From assembly GCA_907165135.1 (NCBI GenBank), contig OU015567.1, forward strand, positions 11,594,001-11,658,000: a stretch of DNA of 64,000 bases. The letters are read 5' to 3'. Origin of the DNA: Oikopleura dioica (lineage: Eukaryota; Animalia; Chordata). This document shows, in pieces, positions 1 through 12,600 of the stretch; position 1 is the stretch's first letter; each line of letters begins with the position of its first letter. The notes below the pieces were generated by a model. The model had not been told where the DNA came from. It ran no database searches and saw only the letters and a program-made list of their open reading frames with translations. Position numbers and translations under genes: made by a program.

Positions 1-108
1 TTCTGAGCCCTCCATAAACAGGATGTACAGGTTTCAGGTGGATAATCGGGGTCCACCATTCGAGTTTGTTTCAAAGACCAAAAAGTGGAAATTAATTTTT
101 TTTGGAAG

Positions 109-1283
109 ATGTCCAACTGGGTAACTAACCAAAAAGATAATGATGCTTGGGGTTCCCGAAATTCTAACAATAAGACGGGATGGGATGACAATGAGGATAA
201 TCAAAATAATAACCGAGATGCAAATTACGAACCTACAGAACAACAAGTTCGGAAGTCTAGTTATGACGAAAATTCGAAGGAAAAGAAGATGTCTCGTAAG
301 CTAGGTAAACTGGGGTACTTGTGATAGTTAGCATTTTTTGATAAGCCGGTAAAAGAGGAAAAAGTTATTCGCAGAGAAAAGCTTCCATATTTCAACAGTA
401 CATCAGGTCGGATACTTGTCCTTTCTACATTTTTCTCCGTCGTCGTGGCGACTCTGGGATTTCGACTATACTTTGGAAGTCTCGTCAGTGCCTGCGTCAA
501 GGACACCAGCAATCGATTATCGAAGAATCCAGAATGGAAGGAAAGACATAAGGAATGTGTTCCAATCATAAATTCGACTAACGATAATCAAAATAATTTT
601 GAAAACTAACAATATAATTATGCACTCAATAAAGACGCGTGATGATCTTAACCCGACTCCAGATGAGGACGAGCTGACCGAAGTGCTAAAGGATGAGATC
701 TTCGGCCCATGCATACTTCTACCGATTATCTGCTCTATAACACAACTCACTTCGTTGATTATATTGTTGAAGTCGAAGATGCAGAAGCCAAAATGGGGAA
801 AACAACTGACGATGGCCATCATGTTCTTAATCGCTGGAACTTCATGTGTCTATTCAGGTTTGTTTTGAAGATATTTTCGCTTGCGATGCTATATAAATTC
901 TCTAAAACAAAATTAAGTTATTTGCGCGCTCTTGAATTTGATGCAGAGAAAGCTCTATTGCATCTTCTGGGTTACCGCTGTATTCCCGACACTGATGATG
1001 TTATCGCTTGGTGGACATTGCTTCGTTTGCTACATCGTCTTCTCTACAAAAGCCGAGCATCGAATTGAAGAAAATCTGAAGGAAATTATGGACAAAGGTT
1101 CGTGCTACTTCTCGCACACAGTTTTTTTCATCGCGTTTTTAGATGAACTACAGACAAATCGACAAGATCTGGAAGACTTCCGTGCGTCTTCGGGTGGAAT
1201 CCCGCCTGCTGGATCAAAGGTAAAGAAAATTAACTGTGATTTCGTAACAAAAATGAATAAAGGTTAAATACGAAAGACGATAA
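109..1283 (+). CDS. Spliced gene for a hypothetical four-pass membrane protein with an Asn/Asp-rich N-terminus
   Basis: Exons join in frame across short introns (e.g. 296-331). Four hydrophobic segments: ILVLSTFFSVVVATLG, CILLPIICSITQLTSLIILL, LTMAIMFLIAG..VICALL, CIFWVTAVFPTLMMLSLGG. No family recognised. Confidence 0.55.
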
Positions 1284-1383
1284 GAAGAAAAAGAAGTGAC
1301 TTTGTGTAAGTTTTTGCTTTTATTTTGTGCAAGATGACAATAAACTAGAATATTATGATGATGGTTGTCAGGAAATACGATAT

Positions 1384-2389
1384 TTAGTAGCAGAAAATAT
1401 TTTCCTCCTTGTGCCCGAGCTCGGCGAGATTAGGCATGCAGGCGAATTTGATCATTGGAGGAGGACCACAAATGAGGATCATTGTATCGTCCGATGCGGC
1501 GGGCAGGGACTCCGCGATCATGTCTTCGGCTTGTTAGGAATAAAAATTAGGAACTTGGATACCTTTGTTGATATGGCCAGTTTTGTAGCTCCATTCTTTT
1601 CCTGCAGGCGCGTTGTCAACTGTGAACATAAATTTGAATCGTCCAGGATGATTTTTCGCCGTCTCTTCGATTTCTTCCCGCAGCAAAATGTCTTCTTCAG
1701 ATCGATTTGCAAACAACAATGACAGCTGCGTATCTTCATTCGATTTTACTACTGCGTCACTAAAATACGATTTATTCTTGTTTATCAAAAGAACGAACCG
1801 AACAAGCTGCATCATCGGAGTAATGCCAGAACCTCCAGCGATCATTCCAATGTGCTTGATGCCTTTTCTTATTTTGAAATCCTTGTCGGAGGGAAGAAAC
1901 GACTCGCGAATGTGGAACTCGCCGTTTCTTCGGTAGATAAGCTTTCCTTTTGGTCCAACGAAATCCAGGGTGTCTCCGATCTTGAGTTTGTTGATGTACT
2001 GGGTCATCTTGCCGCCCTCTGGAAATCTCTCGCAGGGAAAGTAGACCTACAAATAGCGTTAGACAGCGCCTCAGACATTTAAAACCTTGATCAACAGGTC
2101 ACAGAACCCCAAATCATCTTCTGACGAGATCGGAGTGTAACTGCGCATGACAGTTTCTCCGTCAACCTCAGCAACTGTTCGCACATTCAAGCCGACAGGT
2201 AAACCAAGACGATGGCCTTCTGGAAGACCGAATCGGAAAATTTTCGTGTCAGGTGAAATTTCCGTGATTTTCGTCAGCGGTAGAGGAACAAGTGTTTCAA
2301 GGTCGTTTTTGAGCTAGTAAATGTCAAACTCGGAAGGTATTTTTAGTATTTACCACTTGTGGGGGTGTCTTGAATGATGTTCCTTTCAT
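1384..2389 (-). CDS. CYB5R: NADH-cytochrome b5 reductase
   Basis: Motifs ISPDTKIFRFGLP..LGLPVG, MRSYTP, GGKMTQY, GMIAGGSGITPM, LLFAN, ILICGPPPMIKFAC. Four ~40-nt GT-AG introns. Stop TAA at 1384-1386. Confidence 0.95.
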
Positions 2390-2922
2390 TTTTCGCAAAG
2401 TTTTCAGCACTGAAATCACAAAGTTAAAGCAATCTTCTTGGTTTACTCTAGAGAAAACAGTCTTAGTACTTATTTTTCTTCACAATAAAACTCTCATTTC
2501 TTTTCGTCGTTAAATTTAGTAGCTACAAAAACACTTCCTGTATAAAAAAATTACCTTGAGAGGTCTCTCTTAAAAGTAAATGTCTGTCGTTTTGCCCTTC
2601 TGAGATCACTTAGAAGTTGTTTGCTTAAATATTACGCCAAGATATGAACAGAGTCGACCTCTTGTTGGGGTCAAAGTTGTAAATCTTACGAATAAAAATT
2701 ATATGCTAAGGTGATCACACGGTGGTTTAGTATTGGCGAGACTTGGTTCGAGTTTATCGGAAAGATAATCATCAATCCATTACCAAAAGGGGACAGTAGC
2801 CGGTAACTCAGTAGGATATTGGTGCGCTAGGCGCCCTCTTTCGGCGAAATACGTTTATAAATCCCCAGTCAAACGCCCAAAAGTCACATCCAACCTCCAT
2901 TCCGAACATAAACGTTTTTCCG

Positions 2923-4060
2923 ATGAAACTCAGATCTCGCAAAGCTGATACTGATGAAGCTTCAACTTCTACCCCGAAAAAAGCCAAACTGGACTCTTTT
3001 GAAAGTATTCACCCAGGCATGTTGGTTTCTTACGGAAAATTCGGAAAGTGCTTCGGATCTGAATGTGATGGGTAAGATTTTAAAACGAAATTTCACAAAA
3101 AAAAAATATTAAATTTTAGAGTGCCGATGGCAACGGCAGATTCTGAAGTCGACAACCGACGATTCTGCAGACAATGTGCAGAGAAAGAGGGTCCGTTACT
3201 TGGACGTTCGAAGTGGTGGCATGAATATCTAACCTACGATCCTTCGGATGCTGAATTCAAGTGCCCTGCCTACAATACTGACGGAAGCTGCAAATCACTC
3301 AAGGTATCCTTCGAGGACTTCTATCTCGGGTCATGCTGCCAACCTGCATCAACATGGTTGATTCAAAATAAGAAAGGTACGAGATTTATTGTCAAAAGAA
3401 TTTCTATTCATGCATAATTCTTAGGACAGGAGAAAAAGCTGAAAACAATTCGACAATTCTACGACTCGCAGACTAAAAGAAGTAACTCAGCAAGCATGGC
3501 AGTCGACCACAAAAAGAAGGATCTCTGGAAGGCAGAACGGAAGCTGAAAGAACAAAGAAAGAAGCTCGAAGAGATGAAGAAGCAGATCGAAGAATGCGAG
3601 AAATCTGTAGCTGAAGAAGAAAAGGCTCTGGAAGATGCACGAAAGAAAGCTCGCGACGCAGATGAAAAAACGGAACCATACATCAAGCGATACAAGCAAG
3701 TGCTGTACGAGTATCATTCAGTTGCTACCGAGCTCTCTCTCGATAGTGAACGGCTACTACCAGGTATAAACCATTTTTTAAAATCCACTTCTATAAATTT
3801 GATAAGGGAACAAGAAGGACGTATGTGGACTCTGCAACGAGTACTACAACGAAGAAAATCGAAAATCAGCCTTGGCTAAATGTGGACATACTGCTTGCTC
3901 CAATTGCCTTTTTATGCGAATTCACTTTGAGGGACGTTCCTGTCCATTCGGCGACTCGGAGAAATGTAACTCCCATTACACACCGTATTACCACCGCTAT
4001 CATTATAATAGCGATGCAAGTGCTGATGATAACGAAGGGATAGTCACATTGTACGACTAG
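2923..4060 (+). CDS. Cys-rich / coiled-coil / C-terminal C3HC4 RING protein, paralogue 1
   Basis: MKLRSRK..YGKFGKCFGSECDG|VP..FCRQC..DAEFKCPA..SFEDFYLGSCC, then a coiled coil, then CGLC..KCGHTACSNC..CP. Three short GT-AG introns. Confidence 0.8.
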
Positions 4061-4529
4061 CTTGACTTCTGAAAAGAATATTATTACTGTGATAATAACT
4101 TGACCCTGCGACTGAAAACATTAACTAATGATAAACAAATAAATTACTTAGTAAAACAAAAAAGTCTGTTTTTATCATAATTCAAGGCTATAATTTCAAT
4201 CAGTACTCAGACAATATCTACCAGTAAACGGTTTGATTTAGAAGTTGAGAGTTGTATATCAGTAAGCAAGAATTTTGCTAAAAATCAGAGCTTTCTCCCT
4301 GTTCGTTTTCTTATCCAGTTTGATTCATTTGCGCTTTGAAATGAGTCGCACTTCGCTAGATCGCTTTTTGAGTCGAAGCGTGAATTGAAAAAAAAGATAA
4401 AATCTAAGGTTTTTCGAGAATTTGAACGAGAAAATACACCTAAGTACCTTTATTCTTGAAAAAGGCCATTTTTTCAGAGTGCGACTAAGAGAAGATTCAA
4501 AATAACTGTTCGCTTTTTAGAGAAAGCAA

Positions 4530-5603
4530 ATGAAGCTCCGTGGAAGGTCTATCCTCGAAGAAGTCAACGATTCAACCCCGAAGAGAGCGAAATGTCGGGA
4601 TCCAGACAACTTCGAAGAAATTTATCCTGATGCGATTACAGCATACGGACAGTATGGAAAATGTCATGGATCAGAATGCGACGGGTGAGTTTTCACAAAA
4701 CTACTGATTTGTTAGTTATCCTAGATTTCAGCGTACCTGCGGAGACAACCGAAATAGAGGGCAAGAGATTGTGCAGAGCTTGTGCGAGCAAGGATCACGA
4801 TGATCGCCAAATCGAGGGCAAGAAATTTGACAAGTCTGATGCCGAGTTCAAATGCCCGGCTTTCTCCAAGGCTGATAGCTGTAAATCCGAGAAGATCTCA
4901 TTCGAGGATTTCTACCTCGGATCTTGTTGCGAGGAAGGTTCCAAGTGGCTAACAACGAATGAAAAAGGTAATCTTGCAATCGATAACTTTGAGTTCATTT
5001 ATCTGATGATACTTTTAGCCAAGAAAAAGAAGCTTCAGGTGATCAAAAAGCTCTACGCCGAAGCAAAGCAAGAGCAACGGAAAGCCAAGCTAGAATCGGA
5101 AGAGAAAAAGAACAAAATCAAGAACATGCTGAATCTTCAGAGCGAACGAAAAATCAGGACCAAGGAGATTTTCAAGACGATTCTTGAAACAGATAAAGAA
5201 ATTGAAGCGTCAAAGAAGGGCAAGGAAGACACGGAGGAAAAATTACGGGAGGCAGAGGAAGATTTCGACATTGTAGCAAAGCGGTACAAGCAGATCTCTT
5301 ACGAGTATCATTCTGTCGCCAGCAAGAAAGATATTGGCCAAGAAAATGAAAGTGCAGGTAACGAAAATTTGCTTTCAACTCTATTCTAACGTTATTTTAG
5401 GCTATGGAACCTGCCAACAGTGCATGGAAAAGTACAGCGATGCTCGGCCTCGAAATAAATGTGTCATCCAACCATGCGGCCATGTTTTATGCCGAAGATG
5501 CCTTGATGAAGCAATCAACGAGAGCGAATGTTATAATCGAGGGCATTGTCCTCGATGTGATTGCCATTTTTACCGCGGAGAAATCATCACGATCTACGAA
5601 TAG
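4530..5603 (+). CDS. Cys-rich / coiled-coil / C-terminal C3HC4 RING protein, paralogue 2
   Basis: MKLRGR..YGQYGKCHGSECDG|VP..LCRAC..DAEFKCPA..SFEDFYLGSCC, coiled coil ending KRYKQISYEYHSVA, then CQQC..PCGHVLCRRC..CPRC. Intron positions match paralogue 1. Confidence 0.8.
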
Positions 5604-5884
5604 CCGTTTTCTTTCTGATCAAATTGAAACTGGAACATTGAAACTGTCGTTAATCGAGTGACAATCAAGACAAATTATGAGTGAGATATCTCACTCCGAT
5701 ATATCGGAAACTGTTTCATAATTTGCAGGAACCACCGGCGCTAAATAAACATGAACTCTGGTTGAAACTACCAAAAATGCAAATAACTAGACCAAATCCT
5801 CATAAATATCTGAATCACTGGCCACACAACAAACAAAGATTAGGGACTACATAGCTAGAATCTACCCTCAAAGATCAAATTATC

Positions 5885-8792
5885 ATGTTTTGGCTTTTTC
5901 TTCAAGTCTCACTCGCCTTTGCCAGTGCGAGTAAGACGCAGTATCTTGTCGAAAGAATCAGTGAGCATGAGGTTGATCAGGCCAAATACAACCCGTTTGG
6001 TAAGAAGAAGAGTGGATACAGAGATATTTTCGATAGTGAAGGAATCATAGAAGAGTTAGCAAGGTTTGATGAAATCGGAATCATGAATGATAGAGCAGAT
6101 CAGTGGAAATGTGGGTTAGAAGATGGATGGGAAGACAGGAATAGTGATTTAATCATAAAATTTTAAATAATATTGATGAAAAAGGTGAGATCGTTGAAAA
6201 TCATAGACCTAAGAATTAACGCCTGGTACCAGTACGCCGATAGAATCAAGAACAACCACACTCTCTGGGATGGATATACTTTGGCTCTTCTCAAGAATGC
6301 CGATTTCAACAAAGACAGATGTATAAACGCTCTGAGAGCCTTTGACGATGATCTCCGAGGAGATGACTGGCTTAATGGAGCCCTGAACCCAGCTAAGATC
6401 ATGTGCTCATCTTGGGGCTACAAAGGCGGCGAATTGAATCAGCCACAAAATTTCATCAAAAAGTTTTCCACTGAACCTATCAGCACCTTCCCAGCAAAAA
6501 CAACACAGTGTTATTTTGCTCAACGTTTTGATGATAATGGAGACCTAGTTTACTCTGGTCAATACGCTCATGAAGCGACTTTTGGCGCTGTTGAAGCTCT
6601 AAGAAACATCGTTGCCAAAGGAGCAAGAGATTTTATTGAGTGTAGCAACGAATGTATAGAAAAAGGACTCGAGCATGGTTTCAACGAAACATCAGATGAA
6701 GTTAACAACTGCCCTACGACAAACTGTGGCTTGAAATTCACCACGGGCAAGATTGGTCTCTGCTACCCAGCGCAATGCACTCCTCTTGAAATTCTCCTTG
6801 CAAGAAGAAATATCCCCGCCGAAAAGTTTCCTGAGCTTCTTATGACCAACCAGGGAAATTTCAATGAGAACATGTTTTTCATGGAAGAAGAAAAGCCGTG
6901 GGTGCAACGGGCTTCGGATGTCGCTTGGGTTAATCTCAATACTGGAATAACAAGGATAACAAAATACGTTGAACCGATTTACAGAGTAACTCAGGCAATT
7001 AGAATCGAGAATTTCTTTGGCAAAAATATAATTTTTAGGGAGGATTGATTGGAGCCTCAGTTGTCTTGGGAATCTATGGACTGATGCTCCTTTGTGTAAG
7101 TTATTTCCCGAAGAGTGACTTCCAAATACTCGCTGCCTTCCACCTCCCGACGCATTATCAATCGATGGTCAGTACTTTTCGACCTGCCAAAGCTATTCAA
7201 TGCATCGACGGAATTCGCGTTCTGTCTATCTGGTGGGTACTCATGGGACACATCATGTCACAGACGTGGAGCCTCCAAGACAATCTAGCTGAAGTTTCCT
7301 TGCGACTAAGAGATAGTAATTTTCTAATAGCTATAGTGAACGCATTACCTTCTGTTGATTCGTTTTTTCTGATGGGCGGCTTGCTTGTGTCCTACATTGG
7401 GACTGATAAGGTTGGTTTGAATATCATCTGATTTTATATTATTTAAGATCATCAAAACATCGAAAAGACCACTCGGCTTCATCGTCACCTTCTTCTTTAA
7501 TATTCTCAACAGATGGATGCGTCTTGTCCCCGTTATTCTCTTAGGAATCTGGTTACAAACATCAATCTTTCCGCTGTTTGGACAAGGAATAGGACAAACT
7601 ACTAGTAACATCATGGGTTCAGCTTGTCTACGTCTCAACATGTTTGCAAAAACGATATTCTTCGTGATGAACTTCTTTGTTGAGGGTTCGAGTTGTCTCG
7701 GACATGTTTGGTACTTAGGTTGCGAGTTTTGGTATAGTGCTATTTTTCCCATCAACGCGGCACTTTATGGGGTCCACAAGGCTCTAGGAATCACATTTAC
7801 TGTGCTACTGAGCTGTTTTAGCATTGGATGGGATTGGTACCAATCTGCAATAATAAATGCAACTCCTTATCAGCAACTGCGACTTTCTTACTCGTATTTC
7901 CTGGATAAATATTTTTTTTCTAAATAATAATTTAGAATTGACACAAATACAATGGCCAATGATGTTTACACTCGCCCCTGGGCTCGTTATCATTCTTACG
8001 GCGTTGGAATTCTCTTTGGATGGCTTATTCTTTCAGAGAGAAAAGGAAATGGTTTCAAAAAATTCGTCAAAAATAACAAAATAGTTGGGTATATGACTGT
8101 TTTCGCTCTCTGGTGTGTGTCATTCTTTTTTCTCTACTTCACTATCTACTTTTCGACAATGTGCTTTCAAGTCGATTTTGTGGGGATTTGGGAGAATCGA
8201 GTTGACTTGTATTACGATGACAGTGATAAATGGGACTTTATTTGGGGCTGCTCCTCAACAAATCAAGGTTCCGCTGCCTGGAATGGTTTTCACAGAGCCG
8301 TCTGGGCATTTGGACTTGGGTTGTTGATTTTTCTTTGCGACTCTGGGTTCGGATTTATGATTAACTCCATCTTAGCCCACACCGTAAGTCGCCTCGATCC
8401 ATCAAAAAGGAAAGATAAAATTTCAGGGCTGGATTATTTTTGCGAAGACATCGTTTGCTTTCTACATTGTTCACTACAGTCTAATCGTCATCTATCAGCA
8501 ATCTCTCACAATGATGGTTAATGTTGATGAGTACTGGGTTACATGGACCTTCTTACATCTCATGACTCTAACGACTGCAGTTGCTGTATTGATTTACATA
8601 ACGTTCGAAGTACCAATGGCAAAACTTTGGGGGATCGCATTTGGTTTCTTGCAAAGGCTAACTGCTCCGCCACGAAACGCAAAGACCGAAAGCTACAAGG
8701 ATGATTCTATTGAAGAAAGCCCTCCAAGTTATCATTCAGAAGAAAGAGACGAAGAACTCGAGTTATCAATGCAAAAAGCTGAGAAAATTTGA
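5885..8792 (+). CDS. NRF-6/OACYL-like membrane O-acyltransferase (Acyl_transf_3) with signal peptide and Cys-rich ectodomain
   Basis: Motifs IQCIDGIRVLSIWWVLMGH, VDSFFLMGGLLVSY, RWMRLVP, CLGHVWYL, YTRPWARYHSYGVG, LIYITFEVP. Signal peptide MFWLFLQVSLAFASA. First intron probably 5931-6206. Confidence 0.88.
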
Positions 8793-8862
8793 ACACTTCA
8801 TTCCTGATTACACAATAATATATTGACTCCTAGATATTTTTCTCTTTTATTAAATTAACTAT

Positions 8863-9360
8863 CTACGCACGGCCAAATGAGCTACAATAGTCCACAGGAA
8901 AACCTAAAGTAGAAAATATCACTTCGCCCTTGATATTCGATCGTACCTTTTTGAAGGGGAACCTGGTCGATCTGATAGTAGGTGTTGTACTGCTTCACCG
9001 GGACGTCGATAAAACAAGGAAATTCTGATGAGCTTCCAGTGTATTTTAGTTGGCAGACATGCTAGTAACACTTTAACAAACGCTTCCTTTTGCTTCAAAC
9101 CTGATATGGGTATTCTCCTGCAACTTCATCTAAGGGTGGGTTGCATTCAATCTTGTTAATTGACGGATAGCACTGGAAACCGCCTTCTGGCACGAAAGAA
9201 GTGCCAATAATCGCATTCGAGAAAATCTTTTCCATTCCATTTTCCCATTCAGCGTTCCATAATCGCGGACATTGCTTTACTTATACAGGATTACAAAATC
9301 TAATCTTAGAATTACCGGTAATGCAAGCGCAAAACTAAGGAAACAGCTCACTATTTTCAT
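8863..9360 (-). CDS. Small secreted protein (~125 aa, 6 Cys in the mature part), orphan
   Basis: Four exons join in frame through three GT-AG introns of ~40 nt: MKIVSCFLSFALALP|QCPRLW..FQCYP..IECNP..YPYQ|HVCQL..FPCF..QK|GFPVDYCSSFGRA*. Absent from the ORF track. Confidence 0.65.
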
Positions 9361-9614
9361 CCTCTTTCTCTACTCAAACAATGGCCCAAGATATTTTCTC
9401 ACACTAGACCTACCAGTGCTAATCTTCAATGATGGATAGCACAGGTCAAGGGCAGCTTGCTAATCTAACATACGTTCTTGTTCAAACTGCCCTGCTCTTG
9501 TAAATACACAACGGCGAACTTTGAATTTGAATTGAGTTGAATTTCAGAATTCTTGAAGAATGGTAAGATCAATATAAATCGAACAGAAGAAAATACAGAA
9601 TAAATACTTTATCC

Positions 9615-12600
9615 TCAGTATTTATACTTATCCAGGTCATCTTGCATGGCTAGAAAGAAAATCAAGGTTTAAAAGCACTTTCAGAACTACCTTTTGGCTT
9701 TATTGTATTTCTAGCACCATCTAAAGCATTTTTCGAAGCCTTTGCAGCGAGAACTACAGGTTTAACAAGCGTTGCCGGAACAGAGCTAACCGCAGATCCA
9801 ACAGCGCCTGCGAAGCCTCTCTGTTGCCATCCATCGCCTATGTTTTTCCCAACTTCCTTGTATTGCTGCTTGAGTCCCTAAACGTTTGGTTAAAATCAAG
9901 GCGTTAATATCGTTCTTACATCATGAACAACACCGTATGCGTTCGAAATTCCTTCCCTCAGGTCTGTAGGCTTCCTTCTCTGATCTTTCGGACTTTGGAT
10001 GTTATTTGAAGAAACCTAAAGACGTTGAAATTGAGCGTCTCTCACTATTCTTACGAAGTCATGTGTAAACGAAGCGGTAAAGTCGATCCAGTCGAAGAAT
10101 TTAGAAGAAAGTTCAAGTGCCGCGACAGCTGTAGAATTCGAAAAGGCAGAAGCACCCCGTCTCACACCCCGTAGAACTCGACCGTCGCGTTTGTAAGCTT
10201 CCACGGGAGCATTGAAGAGCTCAACAAAGCCAGATACTTCGATGAATTTCATAATCTAGTCATAGAATTTTTTGACTTACAAAGCTGGCGAACTGAATGA
10301 AGAGGTCCAACGCCTCCTAAGATCTTTGGAATCTGATTTCGCTTGATGTCGTTGCCCCAGTCGGTCAGAATATTCGTCAGAAGTCGTTCCTGGCCGAGAA
10401 CTCTTAAAATCAAAGATCAGTACATTGCAAAAATGCAGATTTCAAACCCATTTCGATTGAGATATCTCTTCAGAGTCACTTGGCTGCAGTTCAACTGCCC
10501 CAAACCAATTAACAGGCCCAGAATCGTTCCATATTCACTTGTTTCAACTCTTTTCCCCTAGAAATACATATTGAAAGAGGTTTGGAGGAATATTTTCAAA
10601 CCTGATAGTCGATTCGAATGCTCAAATCAGGAGAAAAGTTCACTTCTTTAAAGAAAATCTCCGGTTTTGCTTCAAAAGGCACTTCTGGACAATCCTCCTG
10701 GGCTGGAGGTGAGTCGCGAGGTAGCATCATTTCTTCTTGCATCGAAAATTGAGACAGTTCGTTGAAAAATTTGTACAGGTGAACTGCTGTATCCTGATCC
10801 AGGTTTATCTTTAGTGGCTGGATTGACACGCGGACTTTTGCATCTTGCGAGACAGAGTCATTTTGTTGCTCAGGATTCAGAAGAAGGAATTTAACGACGA
10901 TTGAAGGGTTCATGTTTGGATCGTAAAGATGTCTGTCTCGACTCAGGAGCTTGTTGAATTGAGATGTAGCCACATAATCGACGATTTCAAGCTCTTCGAT
11001 CGTTGCAGCCAATCTTTGTCGATAAAGTTTGTCTGGGAAAGATGATTATGAGAAATCTGAACATATTTTCTTACCTTCAAAGACATCGTGTCTCAATTTG
11101 AATTTCTTGACCATCAACTGGACCATCGTCTTCTTTTCTCTGGCCGAGTATATCTTTGGAACATGAATTTGATGCATCGTTCTGTCCATTCTCGTGAAGT
11201 CGCCTGACTGAAGAGTGATCGGGAAATCAGATCCTGCGAACATTTGCCAGGTGATGTTCAGTTCGCCGATACGGAATGTACTTGCTGGGGTTGGCATGTC
11301 TTTCGGGGGACCGAGCAAGTCTTTCCGCTCGTGTGGAACGCGGAAGAAGTTTTCTTTGATCTAATAAACATTACACACTAATTTTGAAAGAATAAAACGT
11401 ACCTTAAATTCGTCAAAGTACCGAATCGACGGCTTTGACTTGTTCTTTAAGAAACCAATTCCAGGTTCAGCTTCCAAATCAACAAAATCGTCAAAGTCCT
11501 CGTCATTCAACTCGACTGAATCTTCCATTTCCTTGTGAGTCCGCAATGCTGAAGTCCTTGATTTCGTGTCCACTAAGAAATCATCGTCTTCAAGCGCGTC
11601 GAGAAGATCGTTTTGAAACTCTGCTTTGACGAGAGGAGTTGATGACGTCATCGACGATGTCGGGGTTGATACTGGTCCCGGATCAGAAGTTCTCGGAGTA
11701 GAAGGAGTATCTGATGTTCGTCTGGAGCGGTTTTGAATGACCGAGCTCGTCGAATTGGAAGTATCGCCAGAAGAAGACTCGAAATCTGGCTTGAAGTCAC
11801 CCTCCTCAGCGACATACTGAATCAGCCTATTCAAGTAAGTGAAACTGTCGGCGCAAGTTTCCAGCGAAATATCTCCCCGAAGAGAAACATCAGACTTAAC
11901 AGCAGCTTCCGGATCGATTCTCACGGATATTTCAAGCAGCTTTGCGACCAGGAGCTTGGAGTAACTGAAGACCATAAATTATAAAAATATTCTAACATAT
12001 CGAATTTCTTCTAGCACTTTAATAATCACCGTTTACTCATGGGGAGTGCACTAGGGCAGGAGTTCAGTGATAAGTTTCTGATCTACAATCGCACTATGTC
12101 CCCTTAATCGATTGGAGGATAATCCCTGGCAATAGTCAACTGTACTTATGTCAGTTTCATGCCCTCCATACAGGCAAAATGACGACAAAAATTAAATGAA
12201 AGAAAAATATTAACGGGCCGAAAGAAGGGTTACGACTGACAGACCATTAATCTTAGCTTAAACCTACTTTAGTCAGTGTTTCAGTTCTCTTACCAGTCGT
12301 TCTTGAGATCGATGTTTCGATGAGATTCTCCGAGCTGTCTCCTTGTCATGTGAACCGCGATATACTCTCCGATCATGCTCAACAGGACCTTGTTCGAATT
12401 GGGTCGGAGAACTGTGGAAAGCGTGAAGTTATCTATCGACAGTATTGCACATTCAGATGTGTAGAGTGGCCGATAATCGAGGAAGATATCCTTGAGAGAG
12501 ACGTGAAGAGAGGTGATGTACGCAGGCGGTTCGTATCCCACTGGTAGCTCTTCTTGAACATTGAAAAGAATAGCAAGATGTTCCCACGGTGCTTGGCCAG

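Noticed and set aside
553-633. Additional GA-AG stem intron in the first gene
   Set aside because: An in-phase GT donor lies 6 nt downstream and the pairing is only 4 bp, so it cannot be counted.
5931-6166. ORF 5885-6166 as a separate 93-aa gene
   Set aside because: It is better explained as the signal-peptide exon reading into intron 5931-6206 of the acyltransferase gene.
12038-12176. SRP (7SL) RNA or U17/snR30 identity for the ATG2 intron element
   Set aside because: Only short chance-level similarities (CAGGAGTTC, AATAGTCAACTG). The SRP helix-8 core and the U17 m1/m2 motifs are absent.
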